Shown in pieces: positions 1 through 11,059 of a DNA stretch of 35,173 bases. The stretch is from Diploschistes diacapsis (Eukaryota): the NCBI GenBank assembly GCA_023645945.1, contig JALAIB010000076.1:1-35173 (forward strand), in the 5' to 3' direction. Position 1 is the first letter of the stretch. Each line of letters opens with the position of its first letter. A model generated the notes under the pieces. It was not told the DNA's origin and made no database searches. It worked only from the letters and a program-made list of their open reading frames with translations. Position numbers and translations under genes: made by a program.

Positions 1-252
1 GGCCTGCGACGTGGGAGAGTTTGGGGTTGGGGGATTGATGAGGAGTGGATGCCTCGTGTTTTCGCATGTGAGCTGTATATTCGGCCGGGTTGGCTTTTGC
101 GCGGGTTGTAGAATGTCACATGGAAGGCACAAGCAAGATAATTGCGTGGTGGTGGTCCGTGGAATCATATCATTCTAGCCCCCCACCCCCAGATTCCCCG
201 CTTTGGACCTGCAATCTCGCACCCACTTCTCTGCAACCCCTCTCGCCCCCCT

Positions 253-884
253 CTACTCCGCCGCAGCAGTAGCCCTCGCTAAATCAAGCCAGCGTCAGCC
301 TGTATATTCTCCCGTCGCCATCGCAAAGAAAAAACAGCAATACATACTATAAATGCTCAACTTCGAGTGTCCAACAACCTTCTTGATCTGGCCCTTCTCC
401 TCGAGATCGTTCAGGGCCTTGCGGGCCAGGCTGCCGTTGATCTTGAGCCGGTCGACGAGCACTGCGACGGTGATGAGCCGGTACGACTGCACGTCCTTGT
501 ACAGCTTGTCCGAGGTCGACTTGTCGAACAGGACGGCGTGCTGGGCCTTGTCCTTGACTGTGGCGTGGGTGGGACGGGGTCAGTGGCTGTGCCTTGGATT
601 TGGGGGGAGGGAGGAGTTGGGAGATGGTGCGGTGGTGGGAGTGGGATGGTGGATGACGAGGAGGAAGAGGATGAGGAGGAAGAAGAGGTAAGGGTGGGCT
701 TGGTTGATGGGGAATGGAGGATTGCGTCTCGTTGTGGTTATGATCGTGGTGGCGGAGGAAACGTACCCTTCCCCTTTGACCATTTCTTCTTCTGCTTTTT
801 GCCTCCGGATGCTGCGGGAGCCTGCAAAGGGTGGTCAGTAATCTGGTCTTTCGCGCATTACTAGATGATGTCCCGGCTTACCAT
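253..884 (-). CDS. RPS25: 40S ribosomal protein S25 (eS25), 4 exons: 884-882, 821-767, 557-348, 278-253
   Basis: Manual splicing at GT..AG introns with CTRAC-like branch points gives 97 aa: [97 protein letters not shown], the canonical eS25 sequence. Confidence 0.97.
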
Positions 885-1515
885 CTTTTGCAATCTGTTT
901 GAGTGATTGGAAATGGAGTCATTCCGGTTCACGGATTTGCGATGATTTTCGATGTGTGGGGTATGACTAAGCTTGTCTTGGCGTGCTGGATTGCATCCTG
1001 TTGCGTTTGGGGGAGAAGTGGGATATACAGCAGAAAGGTTTCTTTCATCCCATCTTCATCTTTACAGCAGCTACTGGGAAATATCTTCCAAAGGCAAAAG
1101 CGCCCCAATTATCAGCCCGTAAACTTCATCCGGCTTATTTGATGAATTGAAACTATTTAGTTGCATGGAAGATAATAACCTACACAGTCCAAGTACATAC
1201 CGCCGGCTGATTGGAGATACTTCAGTATCTACATTTACACTGTTGTTAGCCTTATTGACCAACTCCGTTGCAACAAGAACGAAAAAAAGCAATGCACCTG
1301 GTTCGTGTCGGAATATATTCGTTTATTGCATCAAAACACCGTTTGAGATGTCCAGGCGTTTCATATCTCGTGCGCCTCTCATCTGTGCATCCCATCCCCA
1401 TCAAGTCAAACTCTGCAGACGCAAAGCTACCTATAGTAAATGCTGTAACGTAATAAATGCATACGAGCAAGAGTAATAATGCAATATCCTAGTAGATGTG
1501 CAGGCATCAGCAGAG

Positions 1516-2733
1516 CTAGTTCTGCGCATTGGTGACCGCCAGAACCTGCGCCAATGAATCCTGCAGCAGCTGAGCATTGTGCTCGATCTCCGGCTTCTTC
1601 TCCGCGAACCCCGGTTCCTTCGAGATGCCAATGACGGCTAGGAAACTAGGCCAGAAAGTCAGTACGCAACACTAAGAAACGGGGGGCCAGCGGTCATCGC
1701 ACTTGTTCATCTCCTTCAGATACAGACACGATCCGCCGACCTGCGATATGAACGACTCGGCGCTCACTTCTTGGATGGGCTCTGGTGGAGATGCAAGGCT
1801 ACCGCTCTCGCCAGCTCCTTCGACTTCCTGACTCTGCTGGCTCTCTTCGCTCGGTGGGGCGGCTGCCCCTCTGACGCGGTCTCGGTTCCAGCCGTAGATC
1901 TCGGATAAGTCGACGATGGTGTCAATGTAGTCGGCGCATAGGGAGTAGCTAGCCATGTCGATGGGAGACGTGTCGGAAGCTACGTAAAGCTTGGTCATGA
2001 CGTCGAAGAGATAGACCTTCTGGAAGCGACCGGCGTTGGAGATGCGGTTGAGCATATTCTCGAACGTGGGGAGCTGGGGGTTCAGCATCTGGACGACCTT
2101 GCTCAAGGCCTCGTAGACGCTCTCGTCGTAGACGGAGGTCGCGTAGAAGCTGACGGCTGGGTTTTCGAGTCCGGCATCGTTCAGGTCGTCCATGATGCGC
2201 TGTTCGATGTCGCGGACGGTGTCGTCCGTGAAGTCGGAGCTCAGAGAATCCACTTTGTGGATGAAGACGGCGTACTTGATGTCCGGGTAGGACTGCTGCA
2301 GGGTCAGGATCGTGTCGGCGAGCCGGGTGATGGAATCGATGTAATCGTCTGAGGCGTCAAGAACCCATACCATGGCCCCTGCGGGTCCGTATATGCTCTC
2401 TGTGTCGAAGCCCCCATTAGTGAAGTCGAGCTGGCCGGGAAGGTCCCACATCTCAAAGTTTCTGAAAGAGCTAAAGCTGTTAGCGTGTAGAAACCAAAAT
2501 AGCAGAAGTACTTACTATAGCGTGTGCTTCTTGATCACCAGCGTGGTAGCTATGTATAGGGTCTCTTGAGGCGGAATATGGTAGAGGACCACGTTGATGA
2601 TGGATGACTTTCCACTTCTGCCAACGGAGTCAGTAGAATGTTTCTATCCCCCAGGTCTCATACCATACCTCTTCAAGCCCATAAAGAGCAGACGCTGCTT
2701 AGCGCCCACAGGCGCAGCATTGGCAGCGTCCAT
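1516..2733 (-). CDS. GTR2: Rag C/D family small GTPase (TORC1/EGO complex), exons 2733-2669, 2617-2516, 2470-1703, 1645-1516; start codon uncertain
   Basis: Spliced product contains LLFMGLKRSGKSSI (P-loop), WDLPGQ, FIHKVDSLSSDF, FYATSVYDESVYEALSKVVQ and YLFDVMTKLYVASDTSPID, matching Gtr2/RagC motifs. The ATG at 2733 is preceded by CAG, so an upstream exon is possible. Confidence 0.92.
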
Positions 2734-3923
2734 CTGCGTAGGAACGCTATGAACCGCTTGTTTCTATGGAGAAGAGTCATTTCGAAACGCTCTCGATACC
2801 AAAGACAAAAAGGTAGAAAACTACAATGGGGCCTTGCTCAAAGTTTTCGATGTCTCTCTCTGCGCCTTGTATGGCACCCAAGGCTCCTCGTACTTTCCTG
2901 ACATCTTTGCTCAGGCTGTAAAGGAACGTGTATCGAAGCTTGGTTAATCAAAGGAAATGGAAACAAAGTAAAACAATCCAGCTACAGCGCAGAGTGGTCA
3001 AAGACATAAACGAGCTTTGTGACATGTCATTTTTGGTTCGAGCAGCTGTGAGCAGATGTGCCTCTTCCAGGCTGGACCATCCAGACGAATGGTCTTGCCT
3101 TTATATGCATAATAAAACATGATGGAGCAGGTAGACACGAAATAGGGAGCGAAGCGTGCTCACATGGACTTACCCTGTGTGCTCTATCTCTCTTAGGTAG
3201 CACTTTGTTGCAGCCAACGCTGTTGCTGGAGGTAATTATGCTCTCCTCGATCAGATACCTATTGGATGGGTTCTCGTTATTATAGATCTCAACTCTTCGC
3301 GAGCTTCGGAGACTGAAAGGCCAAACTTACCGAGATATCCATAACCCTCAGCCTGCTATTATAGGGAATCCGAAAAGAGCGGTGGGTCTATGTTCAATAA
3401 GAGGGAGGGAATATTGATTCAATTGAACGCACTATCTGAGCGGCAGCAGTTAAAATTAAAAATGCCTTTCTCCACCCGCAACTAAGAACCTTTAAATCTA
3501 TGATAGTGTTCAAACAACAGGTACGGCAACAAGCTCGAGGGAAATTCTGCCAGAGTTCCCATAGAGGAACTCCGTATGTATTAGTTTCATGGCCCTCTGA
3601 CAAGTGCTACCCAGGTTGCTTGCTCTATGGAAGCAAAGCGGCGACGAACACAACACAACGTGCATGCTATATCGGTAAGGAATATTCGGATTTTTATAGC
3701 ATTTGATCAACATTTAATAATCCCAAGTCCTGCACCATCTAAGCTCAGATACATGACACCGACGCGTGATTTCGCCAAGAAGGTTATACGGCCGTCCATT
3801 CCTTATCCATGAACCTATTCCGCTTGGTATTTTCCTTTAATAAGCGAGCCAGAGCGCCAATGCTCCGTCCCAACCGCCCCATCGTTATCCATCCTCGTCA
3901 AGTCATCGATGATCGCAAGCTAC

Positions 3924-6602
3924 TCAATAGTCTTCGTCGAGATACGCGTCCCATCGGCGGAGCGGAGCAGAACGGCGCCGGATGTTGTTCACCCTGAGCT
4001 GCGCTTGCCTTTGAGCTTTGGCCTTGATCTGAGGGGCGCCGCGAACTTTCCACCAGGCGTGGAGCATCCTCTTCTGGGCTTCCCGGAAATGATTTTCCCG
4101 GTAGTTCTGGATCTCTTCTCCAAGAGATACAATATTCAGGCCGGAAGTTGCTTCCGTAAGGGCTTTGGCTTGCTGGAAGAACATTGCGGAGATCTTGTGC
4201 GTGTAGTTGCTAATGTCCTTTGCTAGGGTTTGCCTCTGTTGAGAAAGCACCTTCGAAGTCTTTTCGCTACCGTTCATGATTCGTTGCGACAGCGTCGCAC
4301 TGAGGGCCTTGGACTGCGTGACCATTTGCTCTGTTGATTTGATGGTCGAAGCGAGAGAAGCAAGACCAAATTTCTCCGCCTCCTTTAGCATTGTGTCCGC
4401 TCGGACGACCGCATCTTTGAAGAAGAACTGTACACGCTTGTTGGCGTGAACGTAGGCTCTGAAGAGACCCGTTTGCGCCGCAACAAGCTCTTCTCGAACT
4501 TGCTCCGTCATAGCTTGCGCAGCCTTCTGCCAGCCAGAAACTTTCAGCCAAGGCGTGCCAAATTCGACTTGAAAGGTTCCATTCAGCCTAGGCTTGCGGT
4601 TCGTCCACACGCTGAGATTGAGTACGCCATGAGCCTCCTCTGGGAGAAGCTTGAGAGCATAGACTCCATCAAACAACGTCGAGAATTCATAATCGAGCTG
4701 CTTATTCTCCCGAGAAACCTTGAACTGTAGTGTCGGAGCCCTTTTCAGCTGTCTGAACCAAGTCGGCGGTCGAAGCACAACGTGGTTGTCACCAACGACC
4801 TGTACTTGGAAAGTGTCGGTTTTGTTTGGCTCAAATTTGTTCTGTAGCAGAGTCGCCAGAGAAGCGTCATGCCGCTCCGCGACGACGACCGGAGTAAGCG
4901 CCGGCTCGCAGGCAGATGCAGGAATTGGTGAAGGTACGTTGGTGGTTGTGGATAATGAAGGAACAGGTCGTTCGTGAGGTATAACACCACCCTTGGACAG
5001 GCTTGCTGGTGCCGTGAGGGTGAGGCCTGGCCCATAGTAGTAGAGCAGTTGAGCATAAATGGCAGCGCTAGCCAGTAGCAAAACTAGGAAGGGTCGGACC
5101 CTCTCAAGCCAACTCTTCGCCCTTCTCGTTTTGACGAGCTCGTTTCCGCTCAAAACTTGCGACTTTGAACCCGAGTCTCTGGAAAAGTAATCTGACTCGG
5201 AGAGGGGCGTAAGGACGGGCTCGGGAGCCAAAAGAGCCAGGCTCCTGCTGAGTTGCGCAGAGTCCAGGTTGCTAAAAGTATTGATATCAACAGGCCGGCG
5301 GTCAAGCACATTCGCGGTACCGCTTTCGGGATCGAAGGATTCTATGCAGAGATGCGGAAGCCTTGGGTCAATCTTCATCGACGGTAGGATCTTCTTCCAT
5401 TTCGTATCGAAGGTGACGACTAGAGCTGGAATTTCATGTCGAGAAAAGAAGGCTTGTGCTTGTTCCCTGCTCCTCTTTGCAGATGCACTTTCTAGTGAGG
5501 GGATGTACACGGCTGCTAGGTCCGGAGGCATATAATCGGGGCTGATTTGATATGCGCCGCTTTGGGAGTTCCACGAGGACATGATGGTGTTGCGGTTGGT
5601 GAGTTTCAGCTCAATACTTTCGCTGCGACCATCTGTCAAGACCAGTCTAGCAAGTTTGCACTCTTCTATGTTCATATCGAGACCCATGGAATCGATAAGG
5701 ACCACATCGGGGGACGAGTCGTCGGCAAATGAAGAAATCGGCACGACCGTGACCCGGGAAGAGTTAAGGGAACCTCGTGGAGAATAACTGTGGTTCGCGG
5801 CAAGAGCAGACGCAATCTTTTGGACGACAGCATCCTTCATCTCCGTGGGACCGACGTAGAGAACCTTGAAGGCACCATCGAGGACCAGGCCGTTTCTTTT
5901 CATGGACTGCCTGACCGTTCCGGCAAGCTCGAGTTTGGAGTCTAACTTATATTCTTTGAGTAGCTTCTCTCGGAGGCGGCCCTCGAACTCGGTCAAGACT
6001 GAAGATACTTGTTGGGTTGACAGTGTGGAGCTCTCCCCCAGCTCGCTTTCCCTAAATTTAATGTACGGTATCCCTTCATCCTGTTGACCTACACCGGAGG
6101 AGGGCTGGAAGAGACTCTTTCGACCAGGTGCTGGTTGCTTGGCCGTATCGGGCGGATCAGAGCTGCTGTCCTTCCTCGAGTGGCTGAACTCGATCATGCG
6201 GCTGCCCGACCTTAGACCTTGGCTCTCGCTGCTTGTATCGTTCCCAGCTATACTTCCTCCGTCGAAGTGAACTTGTTCCGGATTCTCACTGAAAGGCGTC
6301 GGCTGCCTTGAGATATTCCTAGCATCGTCGTCAGAGGCAGCACTCGCCTCATCAACGACGTCCCATGCACTCTCGCCCATGGAACTCAGACTCTCGTCCA
6401 CGGAGCTGTCGTCGTGGTGCAAAGCCATGCTGCAGGGTCGATCCTGGCCTGGCAGGAGACGCGGGTGCTCAAGTAGAGTATCGACGTTGTCATTCCCAGG
6501 CAAGACTGGGAATTTGAGTGATGGGTTGTTGTTGTTGTTGTTGTTGTTGCTGTTGCTGTTGTCGTAGGGTTGAGGCTGTTCGTCTGCTGTCTCGGGCTGC
6601 AT
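3924..6602 (-). CDS. Uncharacterised single-pass membrane protein (892 aa ORF; alternative start at 6428)
   Basis: Uninterrupted 2.7 kb ORF with an acidic/Ser-rich N-terminus, a globular middle region, a hydrophobic segment (PFLVLLLASAAIYAQLLYYYG) and a helical C-terminus. No family recognised. Confidence 0.85.
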   Translation of the reverse strand: MQPETADEQPQPYDNSNSNNNNNNNNPSLKFPVLPGNDNVDTLLEHPRLLPGQDRPCSMALHHDDSSVDESLSSMGESAWDVVDEASAASDDDARNISRQPTPFSENPEQVHFDGGSIAGNDTSSESQGLRSGSRMIEFSHSRKDSSSDPPDTAKQPAPGRKSLFQPSSGVGQQDEGIPYIKFRESELGESSTLSTQQVSSVLTEFEGRLREKLLKEYKLDSKLELAGTVRQSMKRNGLVLDGAFKVLYVGPTEMKDAVVQKIASALAANHSYSPRGSLNSSRVTVVPISSFADDSSPDVVLIDSMGLDMNIEECKLARLVLTDGRSESIELKLTNRNTIMSSWNSQSGAYQISPDYMPPDLAAVYIPSLESASAKRSREQAQAFFSRHEIPALVVTFDTKWKKILPSMKIDPRLPHLCIESFDPESGTANVLDRRPVDINTFSNLDSAQLSRSLALLAPEPVLTPLSESDYFSRDSGSKSQVLSGNELVKTRRAKSWLERVRPFLVLLLASAAIYAQLLYYYGPGLTLTAPASLSKGGVIPHERPVPSLSTTTNVPSPIPASACEPALTPVVVAERHDASLATLLQNKFEPNKTDTFQVQVVGDNHVVLRPPTWFRQLKRAPTLQFKVSRENKQLDYEFSTLFDGVYALKLLPEEAHGVLNLSVWTNRKPRLNGTFQVEFGTPWLKVSGWQKAAQAMTEQVREELVAAQTGLFRAYVHANKRVQFFFKDAVVRADTMLKEAEKFGLASLASTIKSTEQMVTQSKALSATLSQRIMNGSEKTSKVLSQQRQTLAKDISNYTHKISAMFFQQAKALTEATSGLNIVSLGEEIQNYRENHFREAQKRMLHAWWKVRGAPQIKAKAQRQAQLRVNNIRRRSAPLRRWDAYLDEDY
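6525..6561. repeat. (GTT/AAC)n microsatellite encoding poly-Asn if the first ATG is used
   Basis: gttgttgttgttgttgttgttgttgctgttgctgttg read directly. Confidence 0.9.
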
Positions 6603-7927
6603 TCTGTTAGAAAGGAGGGGACACGAGACTCATCCCTACGACGCAGACCAGACGAGAATCAAATTTGGAGAGATGGGCAGAAGCGTGAAGTGAAGTCAGA
6701 GTGGAAGTAGAGGTCGACCCACAGGAGTATTGCACGGTACCTACGCAGAGCGGGTACCGATGACTCGTCCAAGATCACGCGGCTGTAGGTGCCTTGAGCC
6801 TTGAACCTTGAGGTGTTGGGCCGCAGGCAGTCTGGGGGTCTTGAATCGCAGGACAGGGTAGAAAGAAACAAGTTCGGGTCTTCTAAGCTCTGACTTAGAC
6901 TGTACAGTCGACGAAAAAGGCTTGTTTTGAAGTTAAGGTGATGAAGATGAAGCAACAATAAGAATGATGATGCCTGGATGCCGAATGCCGCCTTCGGGTT
7001 TCTCCCCCCCACCCCCTCTATCGCGCCCAACAACCTTGTTAATCTACGGAGCTAGGCTGACAGTTATTGTGCTTAAGAATAACAACTCTGGTGAAAGTGC
7101 AGCCAATATTGCAGTCCTTCGAATGCTTCCGCCTTGGTCCAGTGGCATTATCATGTATACCACAAAAGATCTCACATATGAAAAGGTGTAGATAGCCTGG
7201 GCAAGACAGAAAACCAGCTGTCGCCAACAAAGCAACTTAAGATTGAAACGAGAGGCGACCTACCAGAAGCCCTCGGAGATAGGGCCGCTTACCGTGAAAC
7301 TTTTGAATGTGGCTCCGTGTCAATGCATCTACAGTCGCCTTTTTCAGCTAGAACTAGCTTTGCTCTGTAAATGGTATAGTCATAAGAACCTATCGAAGTT
7401 TCCCTACAATGTTACTACGGGCCATGTAGTGTTCAGAGTCGGCCTTTGACAATTGTACCAGCATCGTTCCGTACAAGGTAATGAGGGACTAAGAAAACGT
7501 TCTATATTAGATACCACTTGCGTGATCACCTGTCTAGTTCTTTCTATACCGAGTCTAGCCCTGCCTTCTCACTCTCTCCATGCTCCGATGAATAGCTATA
7601 TACAATGCCTTTGACTGTCAGCAGCCCCATGGACGAGCATGGCGAAAGCCTGTCCAAACGGCTTGAACTTCGGAATCCAGAACCCCAATTTCGCCCCGGC
7701 TTGTCGAACGGCGGAGGACATGTTTTGTCTGAATCGAAGATGAACGAGGGAAAGAATGCATAGGTGGGAACGACAGGGAGACGGGGAGGCTGGGATGGCT
7801 GCCACGGCCACTTATGATCACTCGTGGGAGCGTGTACAAGGCCATGGAATCTGCCAACGTCGAAAGCGTCAGTGATAGGTAGCAAGATAAAGCTGCTGAC
7901 GTGACGTCGTTGATGAAAAGCGAAGGA

Positions 7928-9967
7928 TCATCGTAAAACAACTTTGGTGTCTTCGACGCCTTTCTTGACAACGTCTTCGAGCTTCCACCGAGGCTTCTGG
8001 ATTACAAGCTTGCCTCCCCAAAAGCCCTTTCCACTCTCTTTCCAAGTTTGTTCCATCTCGGCAGTGACGCCCTCCGGCAAAGATGGAGCACCCCCAGCAA
8101 TACCGGAGGAGAACTTCAGTTGCATGGCACCACCAACTTCGTCGCAAGCGGCAAGCATGCGATCGAGGTCGTCTTTGTTGTGCGACGCCGACACACAGAA
8201 TCGGGCCCGAGAGGTTACGAGAGGCGTTGCGGGATAGCCGACGACAACGATGGAGATCTTTCGTTTCAACAGTTCGCGCGAGAACGCTGGCATCTTTGCT
8301 GGGTGGTAAAGCATCAGTGGAATGATTGGCGAATCGTCGCAACCGTACACAATGAACCCGAGGCGCTTCAATCCGAGCCGGAGGTAACGAGAGTTGAAGG
8401 CGAGGCGCTGCAGCCGCTCTTCTCCCTGACCAGGTAGGAGCTCGCCGTTGATGATTCTTATGGACGCTGCGATCTGGGAAAGCAAGAGGGGCGCAGGTGC
8501 CTCGCCAAGGACGAACCCAGCATGGGCCAATCTAAGCTTATCGATAACCGTCCTGTCTCCCGCAATGTAACCACCGTTTGCACCAAAGGACTTTGTGAGC
8601 GTTCCCATGAGGATGTCAACTTCTGCGGGATCAATGCCAAAGTAGTCGCAGACGCCACGGCCTCGAGGTCCCAAAGCACCTATGGAGTGGGCTTCATCGA
8701 CGAATAGGTGGAATTTGTATCTTTTCTTCAAACGTACCAGATCCAGTAGGTTGCACATTGTGCCTTCCATGGAGAAAAGGCCTTCGGTAACCACAAGGAT
8801 CTTCTTCCATGGCCGGTGGGTGCGTGGTTGGCCTTGCGAGATGGACTGCCGCAGCAGCTTCTCCAGCTCGTGCATGTCATTATGCTTGTACATCTTGATT
8901 ACAGCGCCAGAAAGCCGAGCACCGAAGCGGATGGAAGCGTGGTTGAGTTCGTCGGAAATAAGCAGGCACCCTTTCCCAACAAGAGCAGGAAGCACCCCCG
9001 AGTTTGTACCGAAGCCCATTGAGAAGACCATGGACGATTCCTTTCCAACGAATTTAGCGACCAGGCTTTCAACCTCGTTGTGCATCTCCGTGTTGCCGCC
9101 GAGAGCACGGGTGCTGCAGACGGCGAGCCCGTTCTTCCTGACCGTTTCCTCGACGTAGTCGGCACAAGCACCCTCAGACTGAGCAAATCCAAGATAGTTG
9201 TACGAACTCATATTGAGGGTCTCGGTCTTGGTTCCGAGAAGCTCAAAGTTGTAGTTTCCATCGTCGCTCCTGCGGTCGAGGAGGGTAATGTATCTACCTG
9301 GTACACCTTGCATCGGTCGTGAAAAGCAATCATTCAACCGCATCTTCAGTCTTCTGGTGTAGAAGCTGTCAAAGTCGCTGTTCAAAGGTGCATAGCCATC
9401 GTAGGCCATGAGGTGCCTGTACCGATCTCTCCGAAAGCGTTTGCCAAAAAAATCGCGGACATGGCCAAAGAAAATTAGGATCAAGTAGCTAATGTAAGTT
9501 GTCACAAGGTAATAGTATGGTGGCTCGTCATCAATCGGGTTGGGGTATTTGCCTCCTGGATGCCGACTAACATGCCTGTGGGCTGGTGAAGAAAGTGGAC
9601 CGAACTGTGCATGTTGCTTTTGCATTCGTCGAACTTCTGCCGGTGAAGGAGGTCGGTATAGAGTTGTCGGTGGTTCGTCCGTATTGACGCTGTCGGCCGT
9701 CGCCGTGGACAGGGATATCATTGGTAGAGAAACAGAGGCCGGGCTGATCGATGACGAGTAGTGTTGTGGCCTTTCAGCTGCGGCAAGCAATGCTGCCGTA
9801 GCAGTCTGCCCTTCGGGTTTCTTTGGGGAGAACGAAAAGTATGATACAAGGCGATTACCGCGGGATGTGGAAGGACGTGCACCAGCGCTCTTGTCGCCGG
9901 CCACAGATGGCGTCGTATTCGAACCGGTGAATGGGATTGAGAATCGACGAGGCATTTTCGAGGTCAT
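7928..9967 (-). CDS. LCB2: Serine palmitoyltransferase catalytic subunit 2 (PLP-dependent), intronless, 679 aa
   Basis: Motifs NMSSYNYLGFA, SDELNHASIRFGARLSGA, FVDEAHSIGALG, PLP lysine motif GTLTKSFGANGGY, and VVVGYPATPL...RARFCVSA. Confidence 0.96.
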   Translation of the reverse strand: MTSKMPRRFSIPFTGSNTTPSVAGDKSAGARPSTSRGNRLVSYFSFSPKKPEGQTATAALLAAAERPQHYSSSISPASVSLPMISLSTATADSVNTDEPPTTLYRPPSPAEVRRMQKQHAQFGPLSSPAHRHVSRHPGGKYPNPIDDEPPYYYLVTTYISYLILIFFGHVRDFFGKRFRRDRYRHLMAYDGYAPLNSDFDSFYTRRLKMRLNDCFSRPMQGVPGRYITLLDRRSDDGNYNFELLGTKTETLNMSSYNYLGFAQSEGACADYVEETVRKNGLAVCSTRALGGNTEMHNEVESLVAKFVGKESSMVFSMGFGTNSGVLPALVGKGCLLISDELNHASIRFGARLSGAVIKMYKHNDMHELEKLLRQSISQGQPRTHRPWKKILVVTEGLFSMEGTMCNLLDLVRLKKRYKFHLFVDEAHSIGALGPRGRGVCDYFGIDPAEVDILMGTLTKSFGANGGYIAGDRTVIDKLRLAHAGFVLGEAPAPLLLSQIAASIRIINGELLPGQGEERLQRLAFNSRYLRLGLKRLGFIVYGCDDSPIIPLMLYHPAKMPAFSRELLKRKISIVVVGYPATPLVTSRARFCVSASHNKDDLDRMLAACDEVGGAMQLKFSSGIAGGAPSLPEGVTAEMEQTWKESGKGFWGGKLVIQKPRWKLEDVVKKGVEDTKVVLR

Positions 9968-10498
9968 TCAAGACTGTGAAGGGCAAGTCGAAGGTACTCC
10001 CAAGACTCTGAGGTTTCAATGTTATCTTGTAGTTTGTGAGGCCGGTAATGCTCCAACGGAGCAGCTGGGGCGAAGGCGACCAGCAGCTGCCGATACGTTT
10101 GCAGGCAACGAATGATGTGAAGCCTTAATGAAAACACCGAACAGAGTCCAAAAGAACGCTTTTTTGTGGATTTGCTTCAGAGATATGCTTGAAGATCGCG
10201 ATGCTGTGAGGTTGGTCGGAAAGAGGAAGTTCGGTGTGAAAGCGGCAGCTCTAATGATGTTGGGATGTGGCAGTGCTGGTAACCACCTTAGAGTAGCGAA
10301 GAAAGTCTTTTAGGGTGGCGATAGGTCGCACACGAAATGCAGGAAAAGTGATGGGAGTTGAGGAAAGCTATTGCCAGAATTAAAGTTGATGGATGGGGGT
10401 AGTCTAACATCTACAGGCTTAAGTTACAGCAACTTCGAAAGGGGATTATTACTAATGGAGAAGGGTGGGAGATTAGAGCGTACTGAATTAGCTCAGGA

Positions 10499-10528
10499 AT
10501 AGTGCATTATAGTGCATTATAGTGCATT
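10499..10528. repeat. Three tandem copies of ATAGTGCATT upstream of LCB2
   Basis: at agtgcattat agtgcattat agtgcatt read directly. Confidence 0.8.
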
Positions 10529-10830
10529 GCGATTGGCTCGTATAGCCAGAATGGAGATTGGCAGCAACAAAGTCGGCCTTAACGCGGGGCGGCGTACGCT
10601 GTCCCCAACCATCCCGGCTTTTATCTATATCACCTCTATCATCTATCACCAGAGTCACCAGTCACCTCCCTCTCAGCCTGCATTCAACCCACGCGTTGGG
10701 TGTTTGAGCCTCAGGGGAAGGAGGGGATCAAGGGGATCAACGTAGCCGGACGACAGGTGTGGGGCCCGTCCGTGTAATGGGCGTGTCATATCAATATACG
10801 AGCCCTCCTCTCCCCCATAATAATGCTTGG

Positions 10831-10960
10831 CATAACTCAGCATAACATAATCCAGCATAATATAACTCAGTATAGCATAACTCAGCATAACATAACTCAG
10901 TATAATAATATAATTCAACATAATATTACTCAACATAACATAATTCAGCATAACTCAGTA
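10831..10960. repeat. Degenerate minisatellite built from CATAA and CTCAG pentamers (about 15-bp unit CATAACATAACTCAG)
   Basis: cataactcag cataacataa tccagcataa tataactcag tatagcataa ctcagcataa cataactcag...; most variants are transitions. Confidence 0.9.
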
Positions 10961-10970
10961 TTATATGCTG

Positions 10971-11059
10971 TATAACCTCTATCGTCGTTTAAACTGTTAG
11001 CTTGTCCCACTCAATTCAGAAGGGCCCATGCTAACAGTTGGACGCCGATAAGGGCTGTA
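10971..11059. mobile_element. Putative tiny MITE / Tc1-mariner-type remnant with ~30-bp imperfect terminal inverted repeats
   Basis: Left arm tataacctctatcgtcgtttaaactgttagc (10971-11001) aligns with the reverse complement of 11030-11059 (tacagcccttatcggcgtccaactgttagc) at 23 positions, with mostly transition mismatches. TA is present at both outer ends. Confidence 0.5.

Noticed and set aside
353..864. Plus-strand ORFs of 112 and 165 aa
   Set aside because: Antisense shadows of the GC-rich RPS25 exons and its low-complexity intron.
2820..2904. Possible upstream ATG exon for GTR2 (ATGTCAGGAAAG...)
   Set aside because: The frame hits TAG and I could not establish a consistent splice to the 2733 exon; left unresolved.
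6659..7885. Several 60-124 aa ORFs between the orphan gene and LCB2
   Set aside because: No recognisable motifs and they overlap on both strands; consistent with UTR or promoter sequence.
10673..10951. 92-aa ORF MLNYVMLSNIML...
   Set aside because: Artefact of translating the minisatellite.
10831..10960. CRISPR-like or telomeric array
   Set aside because: No unique spacers, eukaryotic context, and the unit is not TTAGGG-like.
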